Position numbers and translations under genes: made by a program. The notes under the pieces were generated by a model. The model worked only from the letters and a program-made list of their open reading frames with translations, had not been told where the DNA came from and made no database searches. From the human T2T-CHM13v2.0 reference genome, Homo sapiens, in assembly GCF_009914755.1 (NCBI RefSeq), contig NC_060942.1: DNA of 64,000 bases; one strand, 5' to 3'. Positions 1-13,129 of the stretch are shown here, one piece after another. Numbering within the stretch: position 1 is the first letter of the stretch; the number at the start of each line of letters is the position of its first letter.

Positions 1-1008
1 CACATTCCTAGTTGAAGTCAAATGAGGTAATGCCAATGCTCTGCCTTCTCGTTTCAGCTTTTGTATTGTAAATAAGTGTTCTTTTCACAATTTATTTAGT
101 TTCATTTTTTTACATTTTTGTGTTCTTTGTTGTTGATTTTCACGATTTAAAATGATCCCCAAGTGTGGTACTGAAATGTTGCTGTCTAGTGTTTCAAAGC
201 ACAAAAGCTTTTATAAGTCTTGCAGAGAAAATGTGAGTATTAGACAAGCATCATTCAGGCATTAGTCATAGTGCTATTGGCCCTGCATTTAATGTTGATG
301 AATCAAAAATAATACAGTACATCTACAAAAAGGAAGAGGGAATTCACTGATCTATATGTGAGGCTGCTCTGGAAAGTCCTAAAGTAATATCTATAGTGTA
401 TGAAGAAAGCTATGGAGAAAATAGAAAAATAGATAAATTTGTACATTCATGAGATAATGACGGATAAAAGAAAAAAAGACTGTGAGTCACATTGTTATGT
501 AAAAGCCAGAGAAATTTACAGTCACATTATCCAGGGTCAGAAAAATTTAAACCTATCCCAGCTAGGGCTGGTTGCCCCTCACATTTCAAAAGGATATCTG
601 GCATGAACATGTTAAACTTGAAGGGGAGACAAATTCTGAAGTCCAGGGATGGAAGAATTTTTAAAATACTTGCTAAGTGTCACAAAGGATTATGTGGAAG
701 AGCAGGTTTTCAAAGCTGATGAGGCAAGAATATTGCCAAATGAACCCATATATTGCAAATGGCTTTCAAATCTTCTAATTTTCAATCATTCAAAATCATG
801 CAATTAATTACTTTTAAAAAAATAGATATTAAATATGGTGTCTTTAAACAGAAACACACATAAGATCAAACATTGTGGCCTGAGGTTCTCAGGAATCTAA
901 CCTTATATTTCCTCCATTTCCTCCAGGATCAGGGGTTGCATATTTTCTAACACAGTGTTCCCAGTGACTTTCAAGAACATAACTAGCACTAATATAGAGA
1001 AATAGATA
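1..1008. mobile_element. TcMar-Tigger DNA transposon relic (MER82/Tigger17-like), truncated by the window start
   Basis: Resembles recalled MER82-type segments (ctctgccttct..tttcagc, aaaatg..cccaag, gtgtctttaaacagaaacacacataa) plus decayed transposase-like sequence; subfamily uncertain. Confidence 0.65.
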
Positions 1009-1009
1009 T

Positions 1010-1369
1010 TGCTATAGACTGAATGTGTCCCCTCAAAATTTACATGTTGAAAACTAATCCCCTATGTGATGGTATTTGGGGAAGAGATTTTGGGAGGTAA
1101 TTAGGTCGTGAAGGCAGAGCCTTCTCATGAATAGGATTAGTGCCCTAGTAAGGGACTCTACCTAGCTCCTTCACCCATTCTGCCACGTGAGAACAAAGCA
1201 AGAAGATAGCTATCTATGAGCCAGGAAACAGGACCTCACCAGACACTGAATCTGCAGGCACCTTGATCTTGCACTTCTCAGCTTTCAAAACTATGAAAAA
1301 TAAATTTTTGTTATTTACAATCCACCCAGTCTATGGTATTCTTTTATGGCAGCCTTAATAACTAAGACA
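1010..1369 (+). mobile_element. MaLR solo LTR (MLT1A-type)
   Basis: Begins tgctatagactgaatgtgtcccc, contains gccacgtgag, gcaccttgatctt and aataaattt, ends actaagaca; ~360 bp. Confidence 0.85.
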
Positions 1370-1415
1370 TACTTACATACATGTGTGTGTTTACACAGTT
1401 GTGTATCCATATACA

Positions 1416-2078
1416 TGATGCAGGATTTGTTTTGGCCACTTTGTGGAACTCACAACAGGAGTGAACATTTACTCAGCCTACTGCGCTTAACCCTTTGTGG
1501 GAGGCAGCATGTGAGTGAACAAGTGCAAGACCTGGCTGGCTGCCCCAAGCACTGGGATGAGCAAACTCCATGTGGGGCCCATAGGCAGAGCAAGCACGAG
1601 TGAACGAGTGCAGGATCCAGCCAGCAAGGCCCATGTGGAGCTGATGGTGGGACCTAGGTGGGTGAGCCTGTGACCCCAAAGCCCCAGAGGGAGTGTTATA
1701 GTACTCTCTTAGCTCCTCTGTTTGTGAACAGCTGTGTGTTAACAGCTCAGTTGGCCCCTGCCTCATCGTGTGGGGCACCTGCCCTCTGCCAGTGAGGGCA
1801 AACAGCTGGTGTAACAGCCTTTTTGAGTACCTGCACTTGGTGGGTCCCGAGCTCTTGTCTGTTGTCCTAGAAGAATGAGGTCACACAGACACTGGAAGGA
1901 TGGTAAAGGCGGAGGACATCATTGAGTAGTGAAAATGGTTCTCAGCAGAGAGAGGAGCTGGAGAGGGGACATGAAGGGCAGGTAGTCTTCCCCAAAGTCA
2001 AGCTGTCTTCTTTTCTTCTCCCCAAAGTCTGGCTGTCTCTTCCACAAAGTCAAGCCATCTTTCTTCCCTAATGTTTGG

Positions 2079-2137
<59 letters not shown>

Positions 2138-2388
2138 GACTGGGTATTTGGTCTTTATTGGCACAGAGTTGGGGCTTGGTGGGGTGGGCTGTAGGTAGTT
2201 TTGGAAAAGGCAACATTTGATTGGCAGAAAGATATTATTCAGAAAGAACCAATTGGGAGTGAGTGGGCAAACAGGAATAGAAGCTCTCACTTTGGGCCAT
2301 GGGTTTCAGGCTTTTCAGCTTGAAGGTGTGGTTTCACCAGGAACCTACCCCTGTTTGCCTAGAATTTCTCTGCCTTCTGCTTCTGTCA
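1416..2388 (-). mobile_element. 3' LTR of the provirus (973 bp)
   Basis: tgatgcagga...ctgtca, homologous to 9552-10399 and adjacent to the PPT. Confidence 0.92.
2082..2134. repeat. (TC)n microsatellite inside the 3' LTR
   Basis: About 26 TC units; the 5' LTR has only ctctctct at the same position. Confidence 0.97.
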
Positions 2389-2400
2389 TTTCCTCCTCTG
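2389..2400 (-). promoter_or_regulatory. Polypurine tract
   Basis: Minus strand reads CAGAGGAGGAAA immediately before the 3' LTR TG. Confidence 0.8.
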
Positions 2401-2979
2401 AAGAGGCACATCTAACTACCATTAGAATACAGTCGATGACTGATCTTAGCTACTTTCTGCTGGCAGAGGGCATTGTTTTAGAGAAAATGGCGGTCAAATT
2501 TCTCTCAGAGGCCTACCTGAGGTTCCCAGTAAAAGGGAGCTATTGTCTGATGCTCCAGTTGCCTAATTGCTACAAGTTTCATGGCCGCCAGGCAAGAAGA
2601 AACAAGTTTTACCAGGTTAAGTATGCATGGATCAAATATGTTTATTATAAAAAGAAGAGTTAAAAATGAAAGAATCTAGTGCCAAAGATTACAGAAATAA
2701 GAAGTGACATATACTAATCATTCTGAAAACAATATTGTGTCCCAGGTTGTTTCACTCGGGTGAAAGAAATTAAATCTTGTATGGGAGCAGTTAAATTTTA
2801 GAACAGATATAACTGTTTACGGGAAGAGATATTCCCATGGGTGTTCAGGAGTAAGGGGTCTTTGGTAAAGATTTGCCCCATGGTGAAGAACAGAATGAAG
2901 GTAAGAACAACAAGCATAGGCAAGACTATAAAGAGGATATCTATGGAAGGTAAATTATTAGCACTTATCTTTTTTGATT

Positions 2980-5900
2980 TTTAGCTTGAGGTTCCAGATT
3001 TCTTCACAATGGTACTTTGAGTGCTCTTCTGGGTTGACAGAGGTATCTCTGTCAGCTTCCCAGGCCTTTACTTGGGTATAATGAATCCAAAATGTTCTAT
3101 TTCAGTGACTTTTACTGGCGTAGTAGAAAGAAATGCATTGTAACGTCCCTCCCAATCTGGTCCTATAGAGGGAGAAAGGGAAGGAAGTACCTTTACCAGT
3201 ACCAGGTCCCCTCGCTTGAATAGAGGTGGCCCTAGTTCACAGGATAGGGGCTCCAACAGTTGTTTCAGTTCCTGTTGGAAACAGGCCAAAGAAATTACAT
3301 GTTTAATCAGATCAGAGATTTCTTGGTCTAGCAAGAAATCCTTGATGAGAAAAGGCCATCCATACATCATTTTGAAGAAACCCAAACCCAGCTTTGAAGG
3401 GGTGTTTCTAATACGTAGTAAGGCTATGGGAAGAAAGGTACTCCAGGGAAGGTTAGTCTTCTGAAACAGTTTCCTGAGTTGCCCTTTGATAACATCATTC
3501 ATCTTTTCTACCTTTCTCAAGGACTGTGGTCTCCAAACGCAATGAAGGTGGTATCGCATGCCTAATGCCTTTGAGACCCCCTGGGTGACTGTCTCCTAGA
3601 ACAAAGCGCCATTATTGCTCCGGAGGTACTTAGGGAGTCCAAAGTGAGGAATTATTTCATGAATTGGTAATTTTATCACCTCAGAGGCTTTCTCTGTCTG
3701 ACATGGAAATGTGTTTACCCAGTAATTGAAGGTATCTATCCATAGTAGGAGGAATTGGATGCCCCTTGCCTTTGACATATGGGCAAAATCCATTTGCCAG
3801 TCTTCCCCTGGGTAGCTTCTTGTTCTTTGAGTCCCAGGAGGAAGAAGCCATCAACTGAGGGGATTATTTTTAAGGCAAGTCTTCCAAGCATTAATGACCT
3901 CTTCATCCATTTGTAGCAGATTTTTTACCTGAGAATAACCTCTGGGTCAATTGATAGGTTTTATTTTTACCTAAGTGGAAGGCCTGGTAAAGGATTTTAA
4001 GAAACTTTCCATTGGCTGGCAGCTGGTAGATGAAGCTTGCCATCCTCCAGTTGTAGCCATCCTGTGGACTGAAAGATGTATCCCCAAGAGGTGGCCCATT
4101 CTAGTTCCACAAGAGAATATTGTTTCTCCATTATTTCTCTTATGGCGTCTTCCTAGATTAGAGGGGCTTCAAGTGGATCAGAAATCTAGGACTTCTCACT
4201 GCCGAATTAGCTACTTGGTCTGCCAACCTATTTCCTTCAGCTTTTTCATCCATCCTCTTTTTGTGGCCTTTAAAATGTATGACTGCCACTTCCCATGGGA
4301 GGAAAACTGAGGATAATAATCTGTTAATTTCCTGACGGTGTTTAATGGGAAACCTGTTAGCTGTGAGGAAGTTCCTCTCTTTCCAGGTAGTGGCATGGGC
4401 ATGAGGGACTAGGAAAGCATACTTAGAGTTAGTATAAATGTTAACTGCTTTTCCTTTGCTTAATTTGAGCACCCTCATGAGGGCAATTAGCTCAGCTAAT
4501 TGAGCACTTGTGCCCAAGGAGAGAGATGCACTCTCAACAAAGCCATTCAGGGTAACTATTGCATACCCTGCTTTATGGATCCCTTGCTCTACAAAAGAAC
4601 TTCTGTCAGTAAAGAGAATCCAATCTGGGTTTTCTAAGTGGGTTTCCTTGAGGTCCTCTCTGGCTGCAGAAGTTTGCACTACTATCTGTTCACAGTCATG
4701 TTCAAGCTCCCTAGCTTCCTCTGGGAGGAAGGTGGCTGGATTTTGGGAGAGACAGGTTCTTAGTTGGACTTCAGATTCCTCTAATAGCAGAGCTTGATAC
4801 CTGAGGAGGTGGTTGTCATTAGCAAGACACTCGCCTTAGAAATAGCAGTCCTGCCACATTATGTGGGGTATAAATGATTAAGTTTTTTTTCCGTCGTTAA
4901 CTTAGTAGCCTCTGGTACCAGCAAGGCTACTGCTGCAACTTCCCCGAGGCACACCAGTCATCCTTTAGCTAGTAATCAAGCTTCTTACTTAGTCTACAGG
5001 CTGCAGGGCTGGACCTCGGGCCTGGGTTAGAACTCCCAGGGCTGTTCCCTACCTTTCTGATATACAAAGATTAAACATCTTCCCTGTGGGAAAACTAAAG
5101 ACTGGTGCCTTAAGCAAGGCTTGTTTTAGTTGGTCAAAGGCCTTTAAGCCTCTGGTTCCCAAATTAGGGACTGAGATTTAGCTGCCTGAGTCTCCTTTAT
5201 TAGGTGATATAAGGGACAAGCTATTTCAGCAAACCCAGGTATCTGTAGTCTGCAGAATCCTGTAATGCCCAACAATCCCCTCAGCTGCTTGAGGGTTTTG
5301 GGGAAGGAAAAGGAGGAGATGGGCTTAATCGTTTCTTTGCTTAATGCCCTGGTTCCCTCTGACAAGATCAGACCTAGGTACATCACTGAAGTCTAACAGA
5401 GCTGAGCTTTAGATTTTGAAATTTTGTATCTTCTGTCAGCCAGAAAATTAAGAGCCTTTCTGCCCCCCTGAGAGATTTCCTTAGTTGGGGAACAGAGGAG
5501 AATGTCATCTACGTATTGTAAAACTTTAACCTGAGGATAAAGGAACTCAGGGAGAGAGGTCTTTGGACAATGCCTGCCCAAACAGGTGGGGGCTGTCTCA
5601 GAATCCCTGAGGTAACACTGTCCAGGTTAGTTGGGTGGTCTGGTTGGAGGGATCCTCAAATGCAAACAAATATTGGGAGTCAGGTGTAATGGCATGCAGA
5701 AAAATGCAACCTTTAGGTCCAGAATTGTGAACCATTTAATTTCCTCAAGTATTTGAGTTAGCAGGGTATAAAGAATAGGAACCATTGAATGAATTTGAAG
5801 CACAGCCTCATTAACGAGACAGATGTCTTGGACCAGTCTCCATTTCCCATTGGGTTTTCGTACCACCAATATCGGGGTACTACAAGGGCTATTGCAGGGT

Positions 5901-6460
5901 TTGAGGAAGCCCTGCATCTTCAAGTTATCAATAATGGCTTCTAGTCATTTTCTAATTTCTGGTTTCAGGGGATATTGTCTCTAGTTAAGGAAGGAGGTGG
6001 AATCCTTAAGGTGGATCCAGACTGGTATGGTGGTTGCGGCTAGGTCAATTTTCCCTTGAATTGCCCAAACTTCTGGGTTGCTATCCATCTCCATTGGAAG
6101 GAGACAGAGTGTGTTCTGGGACCATCAGGATGGTGGTCTCCAGACAGGCTAGAATATCCCTGCCCAGCAGGGGAATTGGGCTTTCTGGCATAATTAGAAA
6201 GGCATGGGTGAACAAGAGGTCTCACCAACTATAACTAAGGGGTTGGAAAAAATATCAGGTTAAAGGCTTTCCTGAGATGCCCCTTATGGTCATGCTAAGA
6301 TAGGAGTGGGATCCTGGTTGAAGAGGAGAACTGAAAGGCCCACTCCAGTGTCCCGGAAGAGGTCCACCTTTCTTCCTTTGATTTCCAGAATCACCTGGGG
6401 CTCCTGTATGGTAATGGTGGTCTGCACCAGCGGAGTCAGGGAAAGGAGCCCTGGGACCCA
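2980..6460 (-). pseudogene. pol: Decayed pro-pol: protease (DTG), RT (YVDD), RNase H, integrase; many frameshifts and stops
   Basis: Manual translation gives EPQVILEIKGRKVDLFRDTGVGLSVL. ORF track gives PCNSPCSTPILVVRKPNGKWRLVQD, LQYVDDILL, FTDRSSF..SAQLAELIAL (RNase H), MDFAHM..WIDTF and WRPQS..WEGRY (integrase). Confidence 0.92.
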
Positions 6461-7912
6461 TCAGTTCTGCTGAACCATTTGGGAGATTGTCTCTGGACCT
6501 GGTGATCTGCATCTCTGGGGACAGTCCACCCTCTGATGGTCCCCATTGCAGATTGAACAGGGTCAAGGTGGCTTCCTCATGCTATTGGGACAGTCCTTCC
6601 TAAAATGCCCTGGCTTGTCACATTGATAGCAGTTACCAGGTGCATCCCAGGGATTCTGGATTTGGCGGGCCTGAAATGCAGCCATTAAAGCCTCCACCAT
6701 TTTCTTGTCTCTCCTCTCTCTCCACTGGCCCTCCTCCGTATCTCTATTGTAAAAGACCAAAGTGGCCACTTTCAGAAGGTTCTCTAAAGTACTATCTTGT
6801 CTTATGGCAGTTTCCTCCTGATATCAAAGGCTGCCTGAGTAATAAATTTATCTGATAAGATTAGTTGTCCCTTAACTTAATAAGGAAATAGAGGTGTGTT
6901 TTACCAAGGCCCCTCTTAGCTTTTCTAGGAAGGCAGTGGAATTCTCATCAAATCCCTGATTTATCATGGATAGTTTGAAGTAGTTGAGAGGCTTAGTGCT
7001 AGTCCTACATAAGCCCTCCAGTATGCACACCTGAAAGTATTTCTCTTCCATTCTCCCATTTTATCACTGGGATCCCATTTGGGGTTGTTCAATGGCACTG
7101 CTTCTCTTCCAACTGAATAAAACTCATCTCCTTCCCTGATACTACATGAGATACAAAGCTCATCCCCAAATCTCTCTTCCACTTGCAGAGCATCCTGCTT
7201 CTCAGTGTTAGGGTGTGTTTCAAAAGTAACATAATGTCTTTCCAGGAGAGTTCAAATACTTGGGCTAAGGTCTGGAAAGCCTATACATATCTGTCAGTGT
7301 CATTGGAACTTTTGCCAAGATCCCCCTTAATTTGCCTTAAGTCCTGGAGAGAGAAGGTGACTTGGACCTTACTGGGGCCATATTCACTAGGCATCTTTTG
7401 TAGGGGCAGGAGTGAGACTGGGGATTGTCTAGAGTGAGGGTTTCTAGGAGGGGACAAGTGGAAGAGAGAAACTGAATAGGGAGGACAGGGTGGACCCAGA
7501 GGAGCAGGGCTGGAAAGAGCTGGCTCCCCTGTTGTAGGTGCCTCTAGGGGTTGCTTCTTTAGTTTCCTGGGATTGCCCCTGGCAGCTTCTTCTGAGATGG
7601 CCAACAGGAGGGCTGGATCAATCCTACAATGTTGGCAAAGGTCTGAATTATCCTTCAAGGTAAAGAAAGCCAGCACATATGGGGCCTCAGATCATTCACC
7701 CTTGCATTTACAGAAAAGATCCAGCTGCAGGATGGCATTTAAATGAATGTTACCTTCCTGAGGCCAAGTCCTTCCTGGAAATCATAATATGACCAAAATT
7801 TTGTACAAAGTGCTATGAGGTATTTTTTCTCCAGAATCTGAGGGTCAAAGCAGTCCCAGTGGTTCAGGATACACTCCAGAGAAGTGTAGACTGAAGATAA
7901 TTGATTATCCAT
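6461..7912 (-). pseudogene. gag: Decayed gag, HERV-W/ERV9-like, with an intact CCHC zinc knuckle; ends in a TGA in frame with pro
   Basis: Starts MDNQLSSVYTSLECILNHWDCFDPQ; contains FSLQDLRQIKGDLG and CYQCDKPGHFRKDC; junction reads QMVQQN*WVPG. Confidence 0.9.
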
Positions 7913-9531
7913 CTACGAGAGAGGGAATTAGATGCCCCTTAGTTCTTTTCTCTCTTTCAGTGAGAACCTGGGGTGTCTAAGGGAGAGAAAAAAGGGCATT
8001 CTTATTTTTTCTCCTGTCTTTTTATCCCCAAGTCCTGGTGACCTAGACAGATGCCACGTAAACAGATGAATGTGAGGGTGACCTGCACGCCCCCTGCGTC
8101 AGGGGTCCTAGATGAAGGATATAATGGCATTTACCTATGCCATCTGTCCTCCCTATTGTCAGTAGCCTTTGCGTTCCCTAGACCTCATTTATGCCATGGA
8201 TACTAGCATGACCTCTATCCATGAAATGGGGGCTTAATCAGCAATAATTAGTCATGCTCACCTGTGCTGTGTCCATTGACTTCCATTGTCCTGTGCCTCT
8301 GGATCCCTCAGATCCAGTTTCCCTTACTAGGGCTTTAGCCTGAAGGTTGAAATTGAGTTTGAGGCAAAAATGTGTCTCAGGAAAGTTCACATATTTATTT
8401 AAGTGAAGTCCCAGACAGCCCTCACCAAATTTGCAGCCAGCAGCTGGCGAGGTCTCTCCTCTGTTGCTTCCCTATCATAAGCAGAGTGCTAAGGTAGGAA
8501 AAAAACCTCTTGCATAGAAAAGCTCCCTGCATTTGCAGGGCTGTGTTAACTCCTCATGTGGTGGAGAAAAGAAAAAAGAAAGCCTAAGTGCAGGGCAGGG
8601 ACAGTGCCTGGGGGGAAAAACACTTCTTTCTCTATGCAAATGGATTCTTTCAATAGGGAGAGACTCTTAATTGGTGTTCCCTTATTTTGATTCAGATTGA
8701 GATGGACCCCTTGGCCAGGAGAGGAAAGGCCCACAGTCATGTGGCAGGAGGGGGAAGTGGGTAGGAAATGCTGGCCAGATGGCTGTGCAGGGCCCCTGGC
8801 CTCAGAGACAGCCCTGGGGCCCAAGCTGTGGCCGTGGCTCACTCCCACTCCAGGTGGTCACTGGGCACAGTGTGTGCACACAGCAGCCTTGGCCACACAT
8901 TCCAGCTGAGAGGGGAGGGAGGAGCAGAGAGCTGATATGTACCCATCTGTCCACTGTGCACCTGCAGCTGCTGGGATGGGGTTGGGTAATGCATCTGTAA
9001 GAACAGACAGAAATCACATTGTTCTGAACTGCATGTCTGATGGCGGGGCCAAATGTTCATTCTACCCAGTAATGTTTCTGCAGTTTGCAGTCACACCATT
9101 AATATTATTAAAAAAAAAGAAAAAGAAATAGAAGCCATTTCAAACCATGAAAGAAGGAAGGAAAAATACCATTAAAAATTCTGGGGGTCTTGGCTGACAC
9201 CCTTATCGGGGGTTGAGGACAGGGCCAGTCTACAGGCCTTCTAGCAACACTGAAGAGTGGCCTCAGAAAGAGGCCTTTGGTTGCCCAGGACCTTTTTCCA
9301 GTTCCACACAATGGCTAGATCTCTGTGAAGGGAAACAAAGCAAACAGCCCTTTCACCTGAAAAAGAGAGAGGTGGCAGGGTCACATCCTGTCCTCTACAG
9401 TTGTGCCATTTGCCCTTACCTGGCCCCTCAGAGGTTTGGTGCTTCATCAGCCTTCAGAGGAAAGTCTGAGGACAAGAAGTCTTGCAGAAAACATGAAGAG
9501 TCAGATCTGCATTTACTCACCCATTTGAGGA

Positions 9532-9549
9532 ATCCCAGACAAGCCCCCA
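9532..9549 (-). promoter_or_regulatory. Primer-binding site for tRNA-Pro
   Basis: Minus strand TGGGGGCTTGTCTGGGAT versus canonical TGGGGGCTCGTCCGGGAT (two CpG transitions), 2 nt after the 5' LTR; followed by a GGGTGAGTA splice-donor-like motif. Confidence 0.9.
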
Positions 9550-9551
9550 GA

Positions 9552-10399
9552 TGATGCAGGATTTTTCTCATCCTCTTTGTCAGACTCATGACAGGGGTGA
9601 ATGTTTACTTGGCCCACCGCACTCAACCTCTTGAAGGAGTGAGAACCTGAGTGAGTGCAGTACCCAGCCAGCCACTCTGGGCATTGACGCAGGAGCAAGC
9701 TCCATGTGGGGCCCACAACTGCACCCAGGTGGAGGTGCCTGTGACCCCAAAGCCCCAGAGGGAGTGTTACAGTGTTCTCTTAGCTCTGCTGTTCATGGAT
9801 GACTGTGTGCTAACAGCTCAGTTGGCCCCTTGCCTCATTACATGGGGCAGCTGCCCTCCATTGGCGAGGACAAATAGCTGGTATGACAGCCTTTTTGGGT
9901 ATCTACACTCAATGATTCCCGAGCTCTAGTTTGGTGTTCAAAAAGTATGAGGTTGCATGGACACTTGAAGGATGGTGAAGCAGAGAACTTTACTGGATAT
10001 GGTTCTCAGTGGAGAGGGGAGCTGGAGAGGGGATTGGGAGGGCAGGTAGTCTTCCCCAAAGTCAGGCCATTTTCTCCCCGAAGTCCACCCATCTTTTCTC
10101 TGAAGTCAAGCTATCCCTTCCCCAAATTCCAGGGGTCTTTCTCTCTCTACTGGCTGAGTCTGGGGTCTTTATAGGCACAGGATTGGGGCAGGGTGAGCAG
10201 TAGGTAGTTTTGGAAAAGGCAATATTTGGCTGGTAAAAATACATTATTCAGAAAGAACCAATTGGGAGAGAGTGGGCAAACAGGAATAGAAGTTTTCACT
10301 TTGGGCCATGGGTTTCAGGCTTTTTGGCTTGAAGGTGGAGTTTCAAGACAGGGACCTGCCTCTGTCTGCCTAGAATTTCTCTGCCTCCTACCTCTATCA
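9552..10399 (-). mobile_element. 5' LTR of the provirus (848 bp) with CCAAT box and TATAAA
   Basis: tgatgcagga...ctatca; ccaattgg at ~10258; minus-strand TATAAA at 10168-10173. Confidence 0.92.
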
Positions 10400-11668
10400 T
10401 ATACACATACACATAGTCCTTGCAATGTTCCAGTAGATATGAAAAAAATTGATAATAACTGAGAGAGAAGAAACTATTTAAGGAGGAATATCCAAAAATT
10501 AATGAGATATTAGAATGCAATGTGCAGATTGAGCTTGGTGTCATTAGATTGTGGCAGTAAGTCAATTCATTATAACATAATACAGAGAAAACAAATGTAC
10601 AGATAACAGCTGAGTTGGTCAACATGTAATTATACACATCTAGAAGTTTTCCAATTTTTCTATTCATGAATGGCATGGTTAGTAACTTAGAGTTAGAAGA
10701 AAGACAAGGTTATAGAGCTTTGAGGAAAGAAGAGCCAATAAGAGTTGAATGACAGAGTGAATTTACCAGAGAAGTATAGAGTAGGATTGCCTGGAAGGAG
10801 TAAAGCCCCTTTGAGGTTTGTAATAATGAATTTAAAATGAGTCCTGTCAGCATTTTTATGTTTTTTCTCAAACCACTTTCAGTTTTTCAGGTGCAGGAAG
10901 GAATATGTACAGAATTGCATTTAAACATGTTGAAGTTTTGCCAGAAGGAAGATTCTTAATGCTACAATTTAAATATATTTTTAGAATTTTAGAATTGGAA
11001 GAAACTTTAGAAGTTTTTTTTATTACCTTTGGGAGAAAAAAATCAGAACACAGCTTTTGAAGATGGATAAACTTGCTCTCAAATGCCAAGTACATTTATT
11101 ATTAGTCATAACAAATTAGAAATAATATACTACTACTTTCAGACTACTTTAAGATTAAAATAAAACAAAACAAAAATTTAGAGTAAATGTGGATTGCAGG
11201 ACCAAATACAGAAGTGGTATTAAAAAAACTAAATTTATTTCACCTTTGTCTGCATTTAAAGAAAGACTGGGGATCTTCAGAAACATTTAGAGTCTCAAAA
11301 TATTTACAGCTTTTTACTCCACTGCTGCTGACTATTTTTAAATTCTTCAATGACTTTAACAGGAGAGAAATTTTAGTAGCTGAAGTACACTTGTCTGGAT
11401 TCTCTTAATCTGATAGAATTTGCCTTTTCTTAAGGCCAGAGGGTCCCAATCACTAAGAATAACTTCTCTTTAGTGGCTTTCTCTTTTGCAGTTTTCATGT
11501 GGCATTAATCTTGGCCAATAGTTGATATAACACAAAAAGCTTTCTCTGTAGGCAGTTTACCATCAATGAAGAGAATGACAACACCGAAGCTTCCTTGTGA
11601 AAAGAGTAGACCTCTTCAAATAATCCTTCCACAGTACCTGACTTTAAAATAAATTTTTAGCATAGAAC

Positions 11669-12581
<913 letters not shown>

Positions 12582-13129
12582 GAACTTCAACTTATTTAAT
12601 GATGAATTTAAATAATTCAGCTTATTTATCTTCTCTTGGTGGTCACCCTTTTCCTTCGGTAAGTCCACGTCTTACCCAGTACAGGGCTCAGGTCTGCTGA
12701 CAGTTCCATGGGTCTGACATTCAAACCTCAGACTTGAGGTTTTAAAATTCTTTCACTTCAATATTGTGGCAATAACTCACCATGTAAGTTTCTTTCTAAT
12801 GTTGTAGCTCAATTCCATGCATGGACTCCTGCTTTGTTCTAGAATTAAGCTCATCTCAGTTTGTCAAGGCAGCTCCAGCCTTTCCGTCTGTGAGTTCACC
12901 TCTTGATAACGCATTTCTAGACAATCAATGAGTAGAAACCTGCTCTCTCATTCATACAGCCTACTCCCTCCTCCACCATACAACACACTAGCTATAGTAA
13001 TATTATTTTGGTGCATGCTGTTACTGGGTACAATTAACCCATACCAATCACTTTTCCTGCGTCATCTATTTTTTCTACATAGCAGAAGCTTCTATTATAA
13101 CAGTTTTACAAATGTAGATGGTGAAAAGA

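Larger units (their letters stand above)
1416..10399 (-). mobile_element. Class I (gammaretrovirus-like) endogenous provirus, HUERS-P-like with LTR1/LTR27/MER52-group LTRs; LTR-gag-pro-pol-(delta env)-LTR
   Basis: Two homologous TG...CA LTRs (1416-2388, 9552-10399), PBS-Pro, PPT, decayed gag/pro/RT/RNaseH/IN ORFs; flanks TACA and TATA fit a 4-bp TSD with one mismatch. Confidence 0.93.

Noticed and set aside
1919-2290. 123-aa ORF with an ERERER run
   Set aside because: Translation of the (GA)n microsatellite within an LTR.
3068-7676. Retroviral ORFs as a functional or domesticated gene
   Set aside because: Fragmented by many stops and frameshifts; the longest piece is 173 aa.
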